The position numbers were made by a program, and so were the translations under genes. Positions 12,059-24,249 of a DNA stretch of 64,000 nucleotides are shown here, piece by piece (the first letter of the stretch is position 1; each line of letters begins with the position of its first letter). The stretch spans positions 320,001 through 384,000 of the forward strand of contig CBDBCZ010000013.1 of assembly GCA_965203295.1 (NCBI GenBank), in the 5' to 3' direction. Under the pieces are notes generated by a model that worked only from the letters and a program-made list of their open reading frames with translations, was not told the origin of the DNA and made no database searches. Source of the stretch: Nitrospirales bacterium (GTDB taxonomy: Bacteria; Nitrospirota; Nitrospiria; Nitrospirales; UBA8639).

Positions 12059-14115
12059 TGTCATAAAATTTTGGGATCCCCAGTCTGTTTATATAATAGA
12101 CTGAGTAAGGAAAGCCACACCAATGGTGTCATTCAGCAGGTTTCTTAGCAATAAAGCTGATGTGAAGCCAGAGGTATTTTTCCATATTGCTGAGTCTACT
12201 TGAGAGGGTGGAGGCGTGTTCTAACTGGCTTGCAATTGCACACCCAAAAGGCTTCAGCATGCATTGCAATAATGGATTATAATATTATGAAGGGCCAAGA
12301 ACCTCTGAGTGGGTCAACCCAACATTATGCATTCTGAGCACGACCAAAAATGGTAAAATCTGAAAATTTAGGTATAGCTTCTGAAACACAGTAAGAATGT
12401 TCTCAAAGTTAAAATCAATTTTGTGGGTTAGACCACTCTGGTTCTTGGCACTTCATTTGTGTATTGTTTAGTTACTTTAATTAAATTGCATTGTATCTGT
12501 TTTGTTTACTTTGTATATGTATGCACACACTACATTTGTGACTGCATTTTTATTGCACATGGCATGATCTTAATAGAAACTTACAATACTTTAATAATAT
12601 TATTATAAGCGTGACATAGCTGTATGTCGATCTATGTACTGTTTAGTTACTTTAATTTGCATTGTATCTGTTTTGCTTACTTTGTATATGCATGCACCCA
12701 CTACAGTTATGACTGCATTTTTATTGCACATGGCATGATCTTAGAAACTTACAATACTTTAATAATATTGTTATAAGCGTGACATAGCTATATGTCTACG
12801 TAAAATCTGGCCCATTATTACTGGTACAATGGGCAGAGGGGTCCCCATTCTACCGGTAATTTAGGGACCCCGGGTCCCCATACTACCGGTAGAATAGGGA
12901 CCCCTAAGGGTCCCTATTTTCACGAAGGGGTCCCTATTATACCGGTAAATTGGGGACCCGGGGTCCCTAAACTACCTAAACTGCACTTCGCTCCACCATT
13001 CACAAGCACAATTGAGCAGAGCAATTCCTCACAACACCACACTGCCACCTACACACACAACTAACACAACCCACATCAACCACCATACAACGCACTCAAC
13101 AACGTTTCTACACTTTAACAAACACACCCACATTGACCTCTCCTACAAAGAACCTGCACACACAAGCATCTCACAACACACTCACAAACTTCATAACACT
13201 CCACCTGGCATAACCAAACACCCCCCAAGTCCCTATACAAACACCATATTATATGACTCCATCCTCAATGACTCACTAGTCCACATTCTACAGTTTCAGC
13301 TACCTTCCACAACCGCCGCATGCTCAGTCATTAGCATTGAGCAATACACACACACCAAATTACACTACCACTATTCACATCTCACATATACATTGTTGTG
13401 GTGGGTGTGGTTGGAAAGATGTAGGGATGGTAGCTACGCGGTAAATGCATTGCACTGTGATGTGTGGGTAGTCTGTGCATGCATTGTGGTGTGCACTGTT
13501 GCTTGTTTAATTGGTTTTTGGGGAAGTGTTTTTTGGTGGAAGTGCATCCCTACATAACTTGTTTTTGCACTTTTTGGCAAAGTGCTTTTTCTGTAACTTT
13601 ATAAGTAAAGGTCTACATACATGCAGTTACTACGAAACCAAGTGACTGGCATTCATGTTTTCTTTAGTCCCATACATTTAAAATGAAACCAAGTTCCACA
13701 CTTGTCACACGCAATCATTTTTGAATCGTATGATTGCTTCTTCTTGGAATTCTACCTCGGATTCTATCTCTCTTGCCGCCATTCTCGGTTACAACTCGAG
13801 ATAAAAACAAGGAAAATGTGGGTTCGCTTTTATACCTACCCATGATCGCTCACTACCTGTCAAAGTGCAGCCCGCTCTCATCAATAGCCGTCAGCGGTAC
13901 AGGGGTCCCCAAGTCGCTGACGGGATCCCTGTACCGCTAGCGAAATAGGGCCTGTGGGGGTCCTCACATCGCTAGCGTTTTTGGGACGGGGTCCCCATAT
14001 CGCGGGGGTCCCCAAATCGCGCTTACACCGGTAGAATGGGGACGGGGTCCCCATTCTACCGGTAGTTTAGGGACCCCGGGTCCCCAATTTAGGGGGTCCC
14101 CAAAATACCTTGACA
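12059..14115. mobile_element. Ginger-like non-autonomous DNA transposon
   Basis: TGTCA...TGACA termini, 4-bp TSD CCGG, subterminal GGGACCCC/GGGGTCCC repeats. Confidence 0.7.
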
Positions 14116-14455
14116 CCGGCCCACTCATCCGGGCGTGGGCCACCAAAAGATGCTGAGGCTTGCTACTATTCTAGAATTATTCTTTATGCAAATGTTTTGC
14201 TATTATTCTAAAAATTATTCCAGCATAATTATCTCAAGCCTAACAGTGGTGCACTGGCTGCCAGTGCTTATGCTCTGTTATGTAAGAATACTCTACTGTT
14301 TACTTTGCGCCAAGCCCAATGTTCTGCCCAGTGCAACTTGGCTTCGAATTCTGTGCTGACCCATTTGTTTCTGCATAATTCACATGTTGTGGTGTTGTCG
14401 AAACATAATAATGGATGCCAGTCATAACTTGTGTCGATAAACAGCGCTAGCTATA

Positions 14456-14884
14456 AAGGGGGCATCTCCAAATGGAAATTGTACGCTTAGAGTCATAGGG
14501 GGTTTGAGCTAGCCTCGAACCCAGCCTTCCCAGCTAGGTTTGAGCCGTGACGTTAAAAATTGCAGTCGCGTGAGCGTGCAAGTTCTGTGACAGCATAGAC
14601 ATGCTGTAGTCTCGATACCAGCCCTAATCAGGTCGGCGATCGCTTGCAGTATCCCGCTGGTATCGAGACTAGGCATGCTGCGTGCAAACAACGTTTGGAG
14701 AAGCAGTGCCTTCCAACAAGTATTTCGCTACATGTACAAGTTTTGTATACACATTGATTAAATAGTCTGTCTGTGTTCACTCTGCAGAGAAATAAAATCC
14801 ATAGTAAGTGTGACGCTGGGGGGGGGGTATTTTTTAATGTTACTATGAAGCTAAGCTACAATTTTCATTTGGAGATGCCCCCTT
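14456..14884. mobile_element. MITE with ~35-bp TIRs, unassigned
   Basis: AAGGGGGCATCTCCAAATG...CATTTGGAGATGCCCCCTT. Confidence 0.65.
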
Positions 14885-15629
14885 GATATAAAAGCTATAG
14901 TTTGTCTTGTGATCCAGCCCACAATTCACAATAAGGGAGCTTGTACTCAAGTTGGAGCACGAGACTATGTACATTTAGTCTATCGAGCTAGACTAATGTA
15001 CCTTCAGCCAGGCAATGAGCCAAAGTATGTGTCAATGTCTGGATAAAGTCTAGGCAACTACAATGATCATATTTGACAGTGGACATCACCTCATACCCTC
15101 TCCCACATTTTAGAACATCATGTTTTTGATAGGAATGTTCAACCTTGGCAGGTGTCCACCTACATGTAGCTATGTTCAGATAAATGCCTCTATATATCAC
15201 AATTTGATGCGAGTCTTGTGCACTTTTTGAAAGCGCAAACCTTCGTTGCATTTGACTCTGCCATGGAGGGCTGAGAAATTAAAGTCACAAGTTTTATCCA
15301 TGGCAAGTCCTATAAATCCTCTCCTCTCCCGGCTATTTTTTAAACATGAAATGTCAAGACTTGTTTTATATAATAGCGTGGTAAAATTCTGTATCTTCAC
15401 CCTAGTACTACTGTACGTATATCACATGTATACTTGTACATGTGTCCTCACAGAAACTGTATATAAAGAAACCCTACTACACAATCATGCATATATTTTA
15501 CCCAAGGTATGCATGTAATATACATATGTACATGTACTCAAACACACGCTTGCATGCATGGACAACCCCCACGCACACGCACACACACACACACACACGT
15601 GCACGCACACACACATGCACACCAGACAG

Positions 15630-15743
15630 CTGTTTGGTGCCCTCTTGTCTTGTGACTCTTGAGCTGAAGGTCTACAACTGGTCCGGCAGCAACCACTACA
15701 TCGTCAAGGGCAACAGCAACAGTATTGGCATCGGCAGCGGAGA
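15630..15743 (+). pseudogene. Duplicated, internally deleted TLDc exon 3
   Basis: Near-identical to 2439-2617 at both ends, including splice sites and flanking intron, but 65 nt shorter (frameshift; FYGTG segment lost); other exons not seen. Confidence 0.88.
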
Positions 15744-16198
15744 GTGAGTTGTCATGCAGTCAGAGAGCTCCCGTTTGATGTGTACATGTCATTTGAATGA
15801 TATATAGGTTAGACGCTAAGTCCAGGGGATTTACGCAATTAGAAACTGGAATATGAGGTGACCCTTCAATGATTATTGTCTGTAAGGAAGCCAAACTTTA
15901 AAACATCCTTAACGCTATTGTAGCGTAAAAGTACAGTGGATAAAGTTGCAGATACCCATGCATGCAGCCCTTCATATATAGCCCACTCAGGTCCGGAGGC
16001 AATCAAATGTTATAGTATTATCACTATAGTAAACAGTTAAAAAACAATGTTACAAACTTGACTTTCTACATGGGTTAGCTACTCGACCCATCACTAAGCG
16101 AAAACTTTCATACAAAACTAATCACCTAAAAGCCTATTAAGTCCTAGCTAGCTACTAGAGTTATAGTTTCAGCAAGTTTATGCAGGTATTTGCTTCAG

Positions 16199-16733
16199 TT
16201 ACAGCAGCAACACCGCCAGAACCATTATGACTAAACCGATAAACGGGATTTTAGCAGCCATGAGGGCTTTTCCAGAACCAGAAAGAGGTCCTTCAGTGCA
16301 GAGTCCAGTCACTTCAACATCGCAAGATTCCCAAAGAGTGAAGTTATATAATGCGACATCTATATTGAACTGACTCCCCACCTCGGTTAAATTCGCACAG
16401 CAGCCACCAGTATCTCGCAAATCTTGCAGTGCATTTTGGCAAGCGGTGGAACAAGGCGTGGAAGGAGGCAAGCAAACGTTCTCTGCAGCAGTTGCGTCGG
16501 CAGCTACAGCTCCAAGTATCGTTCCACATGTTATCCCATTTTCATTGACTCTGCAGGAGTAAACTAAAGTAGCAGCTTCGTCGGCCATGCCGCAAGTAAA
16601 GAATAGGTCCACCAGTGGTTGGCCACATCTCCGATTGCAAAAGCTGTCAAATGCAAGGTCACTAAAGTCGATGTTTTCTCCGCAGTCTTGAGGGTAGTCA
16701 CCAATAAACCTCATAAAGTCTTCTACACTGCAA
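16199..16733 (-). CDS. Secreted Cys-rich, probably GPI-anchored protein, copy B, exon 2
   Basis: Paralogous to 6879-7452; intact frame CSVEDFMRFIGDYPQDC...LAVLLL*. Confidence 0.85.
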
Positions 16734-16994
16734 CTATGGAGGTAGATATGGTAAGCAAGTGATTACAATGCACTTGCACCAGACAGGGTCAGTCAAATTA
16801 ATGACAACTATATCAGATAAAAAAACGTAGTTTAGCACTACTCAAGTATAAAGATTAAGGAGGGCATACCAGTAGGTGCTGTTGTGTGTATACGTGCGAA
16901 AAGGCAAAGTGGGAGGCGTGTATTGTGTATATTTTGCCTAATAATGCAATGCGTATATATGCACTGTTCAGTGCACATACCGTATAGCGCTTAA

Positions 16995-17708
16995 GGTTAC
17001 GGGATACTGGCCCGCTTTGATTTAATAAGTAGTGAGTGAACAATGAATATCTTTGCAACTATAGGCCCTATAGCCACGATCTTTTCAGCATTTATTCATG
17101 GCTACTAGTTGTGTACTCAGTACAGAAAACTTGTCTGTGAGCCCCTCCCTTGTTTAGATAGCGGTAATGGAAGTTCCAGCTGTTCGCAATAATTTTTCTC
17201 GCCAAAAATCGCTGAAGCCACTGCTGTTACAAGGCCATTACAGCTCTCTAAGGATTCCTTACTATATTTATGAGGGACTGACGAAGGCTTTTTGAAGCAA
17301 TTATCTATATCAACAGAATGGCAAGTCAATAGGTATGGCTCTGAGCACTCTGGACCCCACTTTCTTAGGTTTAAGAGGCTATATCTCCTGTATCAGAGAG
17401 AAACTACAAAAAACGCCTCCGTCAGTCCCTCCTGAATATAGTGAGGAATCCTTAGAGAACTGTAATGGCCTAGCAACAGCAGTGGCTTCAGCGATTTTTG
17501 GCGAGAAAAATTATTGTGAGCAGCTGGAACTTCCATTACCGCTATCTAAACAAGGGAGGGGCTCACAGACAAGTTTTCTGTACTGAGTACACAACTAGTA
17601 CCCATGAATAAATACTGAAAAGATCGTGGCTATAGGGCCTATAGTTGCAAAGATATTCATTGTTCACTCACTACTTATTAAATCAAAGCGGGCCAGTATC
17701 CCGTAACC
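16995..17708. mobile_element. Kolobok-like foldback MITE in the intron of copy B
   Basis: ~300-bp near-perfect TIRs GGTTACGGGATACTGG...CCAGTATCCCGTAACC, TTAA on both sides, purine-purine termini. Confidence 0.8.
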
Positions 17709-18222
17709 TTAAATTTCGCGGGTCTTTAATTTTATGAATTTCGCGAATTTGGAACAATTCACAAAATTATTTCAACGAAAGTTTTTTCACTTCCGCATAG
17801 ATAGTTTGAGTGCATAGACTTATACTTGAGGCCTGAATGGGGAGCTCCCTCCATGCATGGGCTAAGTCAGCCACACTACTAACTGCCATTGGCAGATGCA
17901 AAATGTTCCATACAAGCACAACTCAAAATTACCCTATATGTAAATGAAACAGAGAACAAATATATTTTATTCTCATGCACTCAGTGATTCATCTATGGTT
18001 TTTTGATGAAAAAATTGACATCAGCCATGCAGTTTGGTAACTAATATGCACGCACGGACGCAATCATAACATAGATATCGCAGCTACATTTAACATACAG
18101 AGCGAGCGAGCGCAGCGAGTGAGTTCAACAAGCACAAGTACTTGTATAGTTTATAAATTATTATAGTATTCTATTTTATAGTATACATGAATGTGGGCTA
18201 TTCCATCAATGTTTATACTCAC

Positions 18223-18407
18223 GTTCCAAATTGTCGAGCAGGTCTAACGAGTGACCTTTTGGCGTTGTTGTTAGTAGCTTGAGCGATGACAGATAGCATT
18301 TCACCAGTACGGGCAAGCTGGACCAGGGCCTGCTGTTTGCCACATGCCGTCTGTAGAGCTGCATGAATTAGGATCACGGCTAGGGTAGCAGGGATCAGAA
18401 ATTTCAT
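18223..18407 (-). CDS. Secreted Cys-rich protein, copy B, exon 1
   Basis: Near-identical to copy A exon 1; phase-2 GTGAGT donor; predicted 239 aa. Confidence 0.8.
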
Positions 18408-19947
18408 CTTTCACAGTTGGCCAGACAACAGCTGCAGGGGATTAAAAAACACTGCATGAAAAAATCAGAATCAGCATGCGTACGATTTATAATAATTGAG
18501 AAGACGATCACTACAAGTCGTAGCCAGATTTTGTTTTTTATTTACGAGGAAAAGCGAAGCTGCCTATTCTCGCGTGCATGCGCAGCCTGGATAATAGAAA
18601 TCCGCACATATATTACAGTTATTTATACTGTGTGTCGGTGGAGCTAATGATAGACTTATACAGTAACTGCAAATCTCCAGCACCGGTCAGGCAGCTATAG
18701 TCTCGTGTTGATGTGGAGCGAGTAGCGTTTTAGCGTGCATTTTTATAACCAAGAGAAGTGAGGCTACGGTCCCATTGACCTTTAAATTTTTCGTTTATTT
18801 AACTAAGGCTACATACGCGCCTATTGATCATGAAGTACCAGTACTAGCTCCTACATGTAGCCCGGCGTTGCAAATTCGAACCATGCACTTCGTCTTAGTA
18901 AGGTAAGGTTTCGACGACGAGGTACTTCCGATAGTTGCGCGGGGTAATTCCGACAGTTGCGCGAGGTAATTCCGACAGTTGCGCTTATATCTCCAGCGTA
19001 CTGTTGAGTTAGCCGATAATATTATTATTAATTTAGTATAAATCAATAGTCTAAGACAGCCACCTAGTATTAGAAGTAGTAACGTAGTAATTAATCTATG
19101 GCCTAGCCCTAGAAATACGTACTGCGCGACGCTTTCGGAACAACATGCGCTGGTAGTGGAAATTGGCTCCTAGCCTATATTATATCGCTAACTTGCACAC
19201 TTGACGAAGCACCATGCAGGTAAATTGCAGACTTCAAGGCATGCATGCATGCGGGAAGACATGTTGCGGAATAGATGCCAGTATTCACATTAACACGGGA
19301 GTATAAATATTATTTCATTGTTTATTTGACATGCAAAAAATGAGTATGTAATACATCTCGCGGACTAAAATTATTTATCTGCTTTTATACTGATTACTGG
19401 CAACATTGTCGAATTTTAATTTTATACCTTTAATTGCTCTTCTGAATCCACCTCACTCAAGACTGCGACTAGTACTTTCAATAAATGTTCTCTGCACCAG
19501 TAGCTTAGCACTCAGAGCCGAGACAGTACGCACTAGTAATGAAGGCAGATCCGGAGTTTATATACTATCTGGCCACACTGTAAAAATTCCCCAAACGACC
19601 GTAGGCGCGAAACCGCAGTGGGGGTATGTATGTCGGATTAATCTCGCGGGCCAGACTAGTCGAGCCTGCGAGACCAGTTAGCATGGCGCCAGTGTACCGG
19701 TCATAAAATACCCGTAGGCTTTCATTGTAAAAGTGCTTTCGGTTTGACATATGCCATAGACAATATAAAAGCCGTATAACGGACAGTAAATTAGGACTCG
19801 GGGTGCCACGTGGTTGGTCCGTGTTTTCGCGGTGGCGTAGTTGATTGGGAGTGAAATGTCCGAGTACTGTCCTTTAATAGGTAAGACTGTGTCCGTCTTA
19901 TTAAGGTGGATATACTCAGGCCAGGCCGCCAGTTTAAGGATGTCCCA

Positions 19948-20379
19948 TTTTTACCAGCCGGAGCGCGCGCAGCGCGCGAACGGCTGGTACTAAGATTGCT
20001 TTACGTTTTCCGCGTCTGTTTGTTTGTTTGTTTGTCTGTCCGCTTGTGCGTCCGCACTTATCACGTGCGCATTATATTACGTCATACGTTACTATGCAGC
20101 TGCAGTGTACAGCAGCTATTGGACGTTTGCGGGCCAAGCTACAGCAAATGAAGGTAGTTTTGTGTTGCCTAGATGGCGAAAACGTGGTAGGTAGCCGTAA
20201 AGATCCTGGTTTCTTGGCATATTGCTACTAACTGGAGGCGCATGGCGAATCTGCTGAGTCAGCACTTTCGCTGTACCGCTCTAAGAATGTAGTATCTCCG
20301 GCTCTACAGCTGTAGTTTAATAGCTTGGCCTAAGCTGAGTTGTGTGTATTGTACGGGAAAGGCGCCAGGCTGTTTTTTT
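19948..20379 (+). mobile_element. HINE/DINE-1-like element, copy 2
   Basis: Colinear with 11405-11825 along its whole length. Confidence 0.7.
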
Positions 20380-20692
20380 AGACGATGTCAGACTTGATTT
20401 AACATAGTAGTCTTTGGATCAAACAATGACACAATTGTTGATGTCATTGATATGATCATGAAGCATGAAGGTGTAGTCTATTTTATATATACGTATCCTG
20501 TTACTATGGCAACGTCTCCTCCCGCTGTGAACATGGCAGGAACAGTGCATGTCCATAACTACCTCTCGTAAGAGGCGAAAAGTAGAGAGATGTTTAGTGA
20601 ACTTCATATTTGTGTCAGGTAATTTATTTTAGACATCTGACCCCTCTGCTTCATGCTAGCTACAGCCCTGGTAGTCCCTCTACTGATACATG

Positions 20693-20874
20693 CCTTAAGG
20701 TGACTATTATTTGAGGGTACAAATTTTAGCGCAAAATAGCGATTTTGAAAAATTCACTCAATTTTGTACCCATAAAAATCATTGCTTGCATGTGAGCAAG
20801 CTATGCGCACTGTGGTTAAATATGCACTTGTACAAACCACGTAGTTGTCACCTCCAATAATAGTCACCTTAAGG
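20693..20874. mobile_element. Short MITE (CCTTAAGGTGACTATTAT TIR)
   Basis: TIR pair visible; paralogous flank at ~31030-31100 lacks the element. Confidence 0.75.
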
Positions 20875-23800
20875 TATATGTAAATAGTTATATCCCTGCA
20901 AAATGGTGTGCATCAGCCATACATGCCTGAGGCTGAGCCGAGGGCATGTATGGGCTGATACACACCTTTTGCAGGGATATAACCATAGCAATATTTTATG
21001 ACAGCTAAGCCACATCACACCATACTTTTACCTTGCACACATTGCATTGGCTTCTGCAATGCAATTATGCCTGTACTATCACAATCATCATGGTGTGTGT
21101 GTGTGTATCAGGAATATTACACAGCTATTACCATAGTAACAGGATATATACTCTAACTATGGTGTGTGGGCATTTAAACCCGCACAGCCACAGAGTCTAG
21201 CCACAGAGTCTAGCCATCCAAAAGCCCTATAGTGCTAATTAGTATACCATATGTGGCCAGGGTATATCCCTGCAACACCCTCACAATTGCTGAGGGTTAA
21301 GCAATTTGTAGCTCAGGGTAATCAATTTTAAGCTCAGTAGCATTGAAATGGCTTCCTAGGACAGCCATATTATGGTGGCAGGTGCATTAATTCCATTCTG
21401 CTCATTTCAAATACTGAGGAAGGCTGGTTGCTGAGCGTGGTGAGGGAATTTAGGCAAGCGTTATGGTGTTTCCTGGCTGAGGTATTTGTAGGTAGGCCTG
21501 CAGTTAGTGAGAAAGCGATGTAGGTAATATAGCAAGCTAATGCTGTTTAATACTTGCCGGAAGCCAACCAGGTAGCCAGCCACTGAGTCTTGGCGGGATA
21601 AGCAGACACGTGGGCCAGAGTGCACATGCACAATGTGACATCATACTTGTACACGGGTCATCATGCAGGGGCCACCCCCCATATTAACCTTGCTTAATGT
21701 ACCATTAAACACCACCTAACTGCTAGTTTTGTTGCGTTCTGTGCGTGTGTCACTCTCAGTGTACTACTGTTCGTGTCGTAATAGTACTAGGCTTTGGCTA
21801 GACTGGTAACTTGAGGTTTTTTTCACCGCTTTAAGCTAGTAGTAGTTTTCTAAGTCTGCCTCGTATCGTAGCTACCAGTTTTGCCGCATTCACCATGCTT
21901 TGCACAAAGGGTCCTAATGTAAACTGGAGGGCTTGTTTTTTTTGCATACTTTTTAGTGGTTGTAGTCACTTGTGAAAATGAAAGCACAAAAGTGCATAAT
22001 CCTTGGCATGATTTATAGTAAATAATTATGCTACACTTTCAATTTGGTGTCTAGAATGAGTAAATCAAGAATTCAATAGTCGTTCATTTGTATTGCATTG
22101 GTTTCTAAGTTTTTCATTGTGGTAAGCAAATAACACTGTAACTTTTGAATACAAAATCCAGGAATCAAAAACCTTCACTAGCGCATTTGCTTTCAATTCG
22201 TGTCTTACTTTGTACCCGTACATTAATGGCATAGCTGTTTACGAGGTAACAGGTACACACACACAAACTGGTACTGTAACCCTCGCTGCACATGCGCACA
22301 CCGACGGTTTTTAAAACTTAAAAATCAATTTTCCTAATACTAATTGCAGCCATGAAAATCAAAAACACCTGTAACCACATCCTGGGGAATGTGAGTATTG
22401 CCTGCTGACTCAGCAGGCACTGCTGCAGTGGTAGCAGTGTGGGTGCCTCTGATAGAATGGCAGTTATTATGGTACCATCACCTGTATCATGGGTCTGTAG
22501 GGTGTGTGGGTTTGTATCCTCATGCAGTTACAGCCTTAAGCAAATCGCTAAATGGTGTGTACTGTGACTTCTTATGTGCCATAGGCCTTGATAGCTACAC
22601 CTGTCCATAGACATCCATAGCCAGAATTTCCATTTTTGTACATGTATTCAATGTAGTAAATAAAGTGGCATTATCAGCATATGTGAATAGGCTGAAAACA
22701 ACAGCGAAAGTACTGCTCCAAACACATTAAGTGAAGATGAATGGCCGAGAACCGGAGTGGACGTCGGCCGAACCCGCAAAATTGACTTTACCCTCTCAAA
22801 CTTTAAGTGTGTTTCGGGAGCTACTTAAATTTTGAGATTTGAACATTAAATTATGGCACCATCACCTGTATCATGGGTCTGTAGGGTGTGTGGGTTTATA
22901 TTCTCATGCAGTTTGGCATGAGCAACCAGTGATGGCAGTCACAGCTGAAAAAGCCGAATGGTGTGTACTGTGGATTCCTATACGGATACAAAAATTACAG
23001 TTAGCTTCCTACCTGCATATATCTAAGTCATCAAGCATGCAATGCCATGTACTCTTACACAGTATCAGATCTGATTTATCTGTGGTCGGTAATGTTGACT
23101 ACCTCATTTCCTCACTCTCCTCCGGTATTGTGCAAGCTTACAACTCCGTAGTGAGATCGTGGACCTGACATGACCACAATGGAGTATAGTGTGTGAGAAA
23201 GCAAGTTTGTTTTAGTGTTTAAACAAACAGGCGAGACTTGCCTCGGAAGATTTTGTGACTTCAGTTTCTGCCCCCCCAATTACAGCCTCAAGCAAATTGC
23301 TAAATGGCGTGTACTGTGACTTCTTATGTGCCATATAGGCCTTGATAGCCACACCTGTCCGTAGACATCCACAGCCAGAATTTTCATGGGATTTTCTTTG
23401 AATGGTTTTTTGGTTCCCTTTTTTATCTTTTTTTTTAAAAAACAAAAATCTTTTTAAAAAAACTTTGAAAAAACAACTTTTAAACTCTTTTCGGAAATTT
23501 TTAATTTTCTGCGATCACGGGCTGGGTGGTCTCTGTTTCTTTCCGGGTCCCGGGTTCTCTTGGTTACGGTCAGAGCTTTTTCTATTCTTTCTATTCTTCT
23601 TTTTATTTTTCTATATCATGATTTCTATTTTTCCACTTTCTATTTTTCCGTGTGGATGTGCTTAATTAGATAGGTCATGTGCTTAACTAGATCGTAGTGT
23701 AAGGAGTTGCAGTAGTGTAGATATATATAGTTCTGTAGGTGAGGATAGATAAAAGGGCTGTTTTTGTTTTTTTAGGCCTAGAGCTAGTGAATGCAGTAAT

Positions 23801-24148
23801 AATGATTAGGATACCTTTACGTTTTCATGTACCCAATGTAGTAAATAAAGTGGCATTATCAGCATAATGAATAGGCTAAAAACAACAGTGAAGGTACTGC
23901 TCCAAACACATTAAGTGAAGATGAAGATGAAGGGCCAGAACCAGAGTGGACAAACCCACTAAATAGACTTTACCCCTCCCAAACTTGAAAAGGTGATTTA
24001 GGAGCTACTTAAATTTTGAGATTTTACCATTGGTGGTCTTCTACTTGTAAGGTGTGCTGTTGGGTTGGCCCGCTCCGACCCTTCATATTGTAGAGTCACG
24101 CTGCACTTGCCACTAATCAAGCCTGAAGCCCTTTGCAAACCAGTCCTT

Positions 24149-24249
24149 TAGCCTCGAACCCAGCCGTCCCAGCTTTTTTTCGCTTGCAGGAAGAAGCGCT
24201 TTTTCTTCCTGCAAGCGAAAAAAAGCTGGGACGGCTGGGTTCGAGGCTA
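24149..24249. mobile_element. AcademH-like 101-bp palindromic MITE
   Basis: TAGCCTCGAACCCAGCC...GGCTGGGTTCGAGGCTA, 9-bp TSD CCAGTCCTT, empty sites at ~26540 and ~29533. Confidence 0.85.

Larger units (their letters stand above)
11324..14242. mobile_element. hAT-like non-autonomous element hosting nested insertions
   Basis: TIR TAGGCTTGAGATAATTATGCT / AGCATAATTATCTCAAGCCTA with a perfect 8-bp TSD ACAGTGGT. Confidence 0.8.

Noticed and set aside
13012..13557. 181-aa His/Thr-rich ORF
   Set aside because: Low-complexity CA-rich interior of the Ginger-like element.
17117..17586. Two opposite-strand ORFs with the same C-terminus
   Set aside because: They are the two arms of the foldback MITE; no coding signature.
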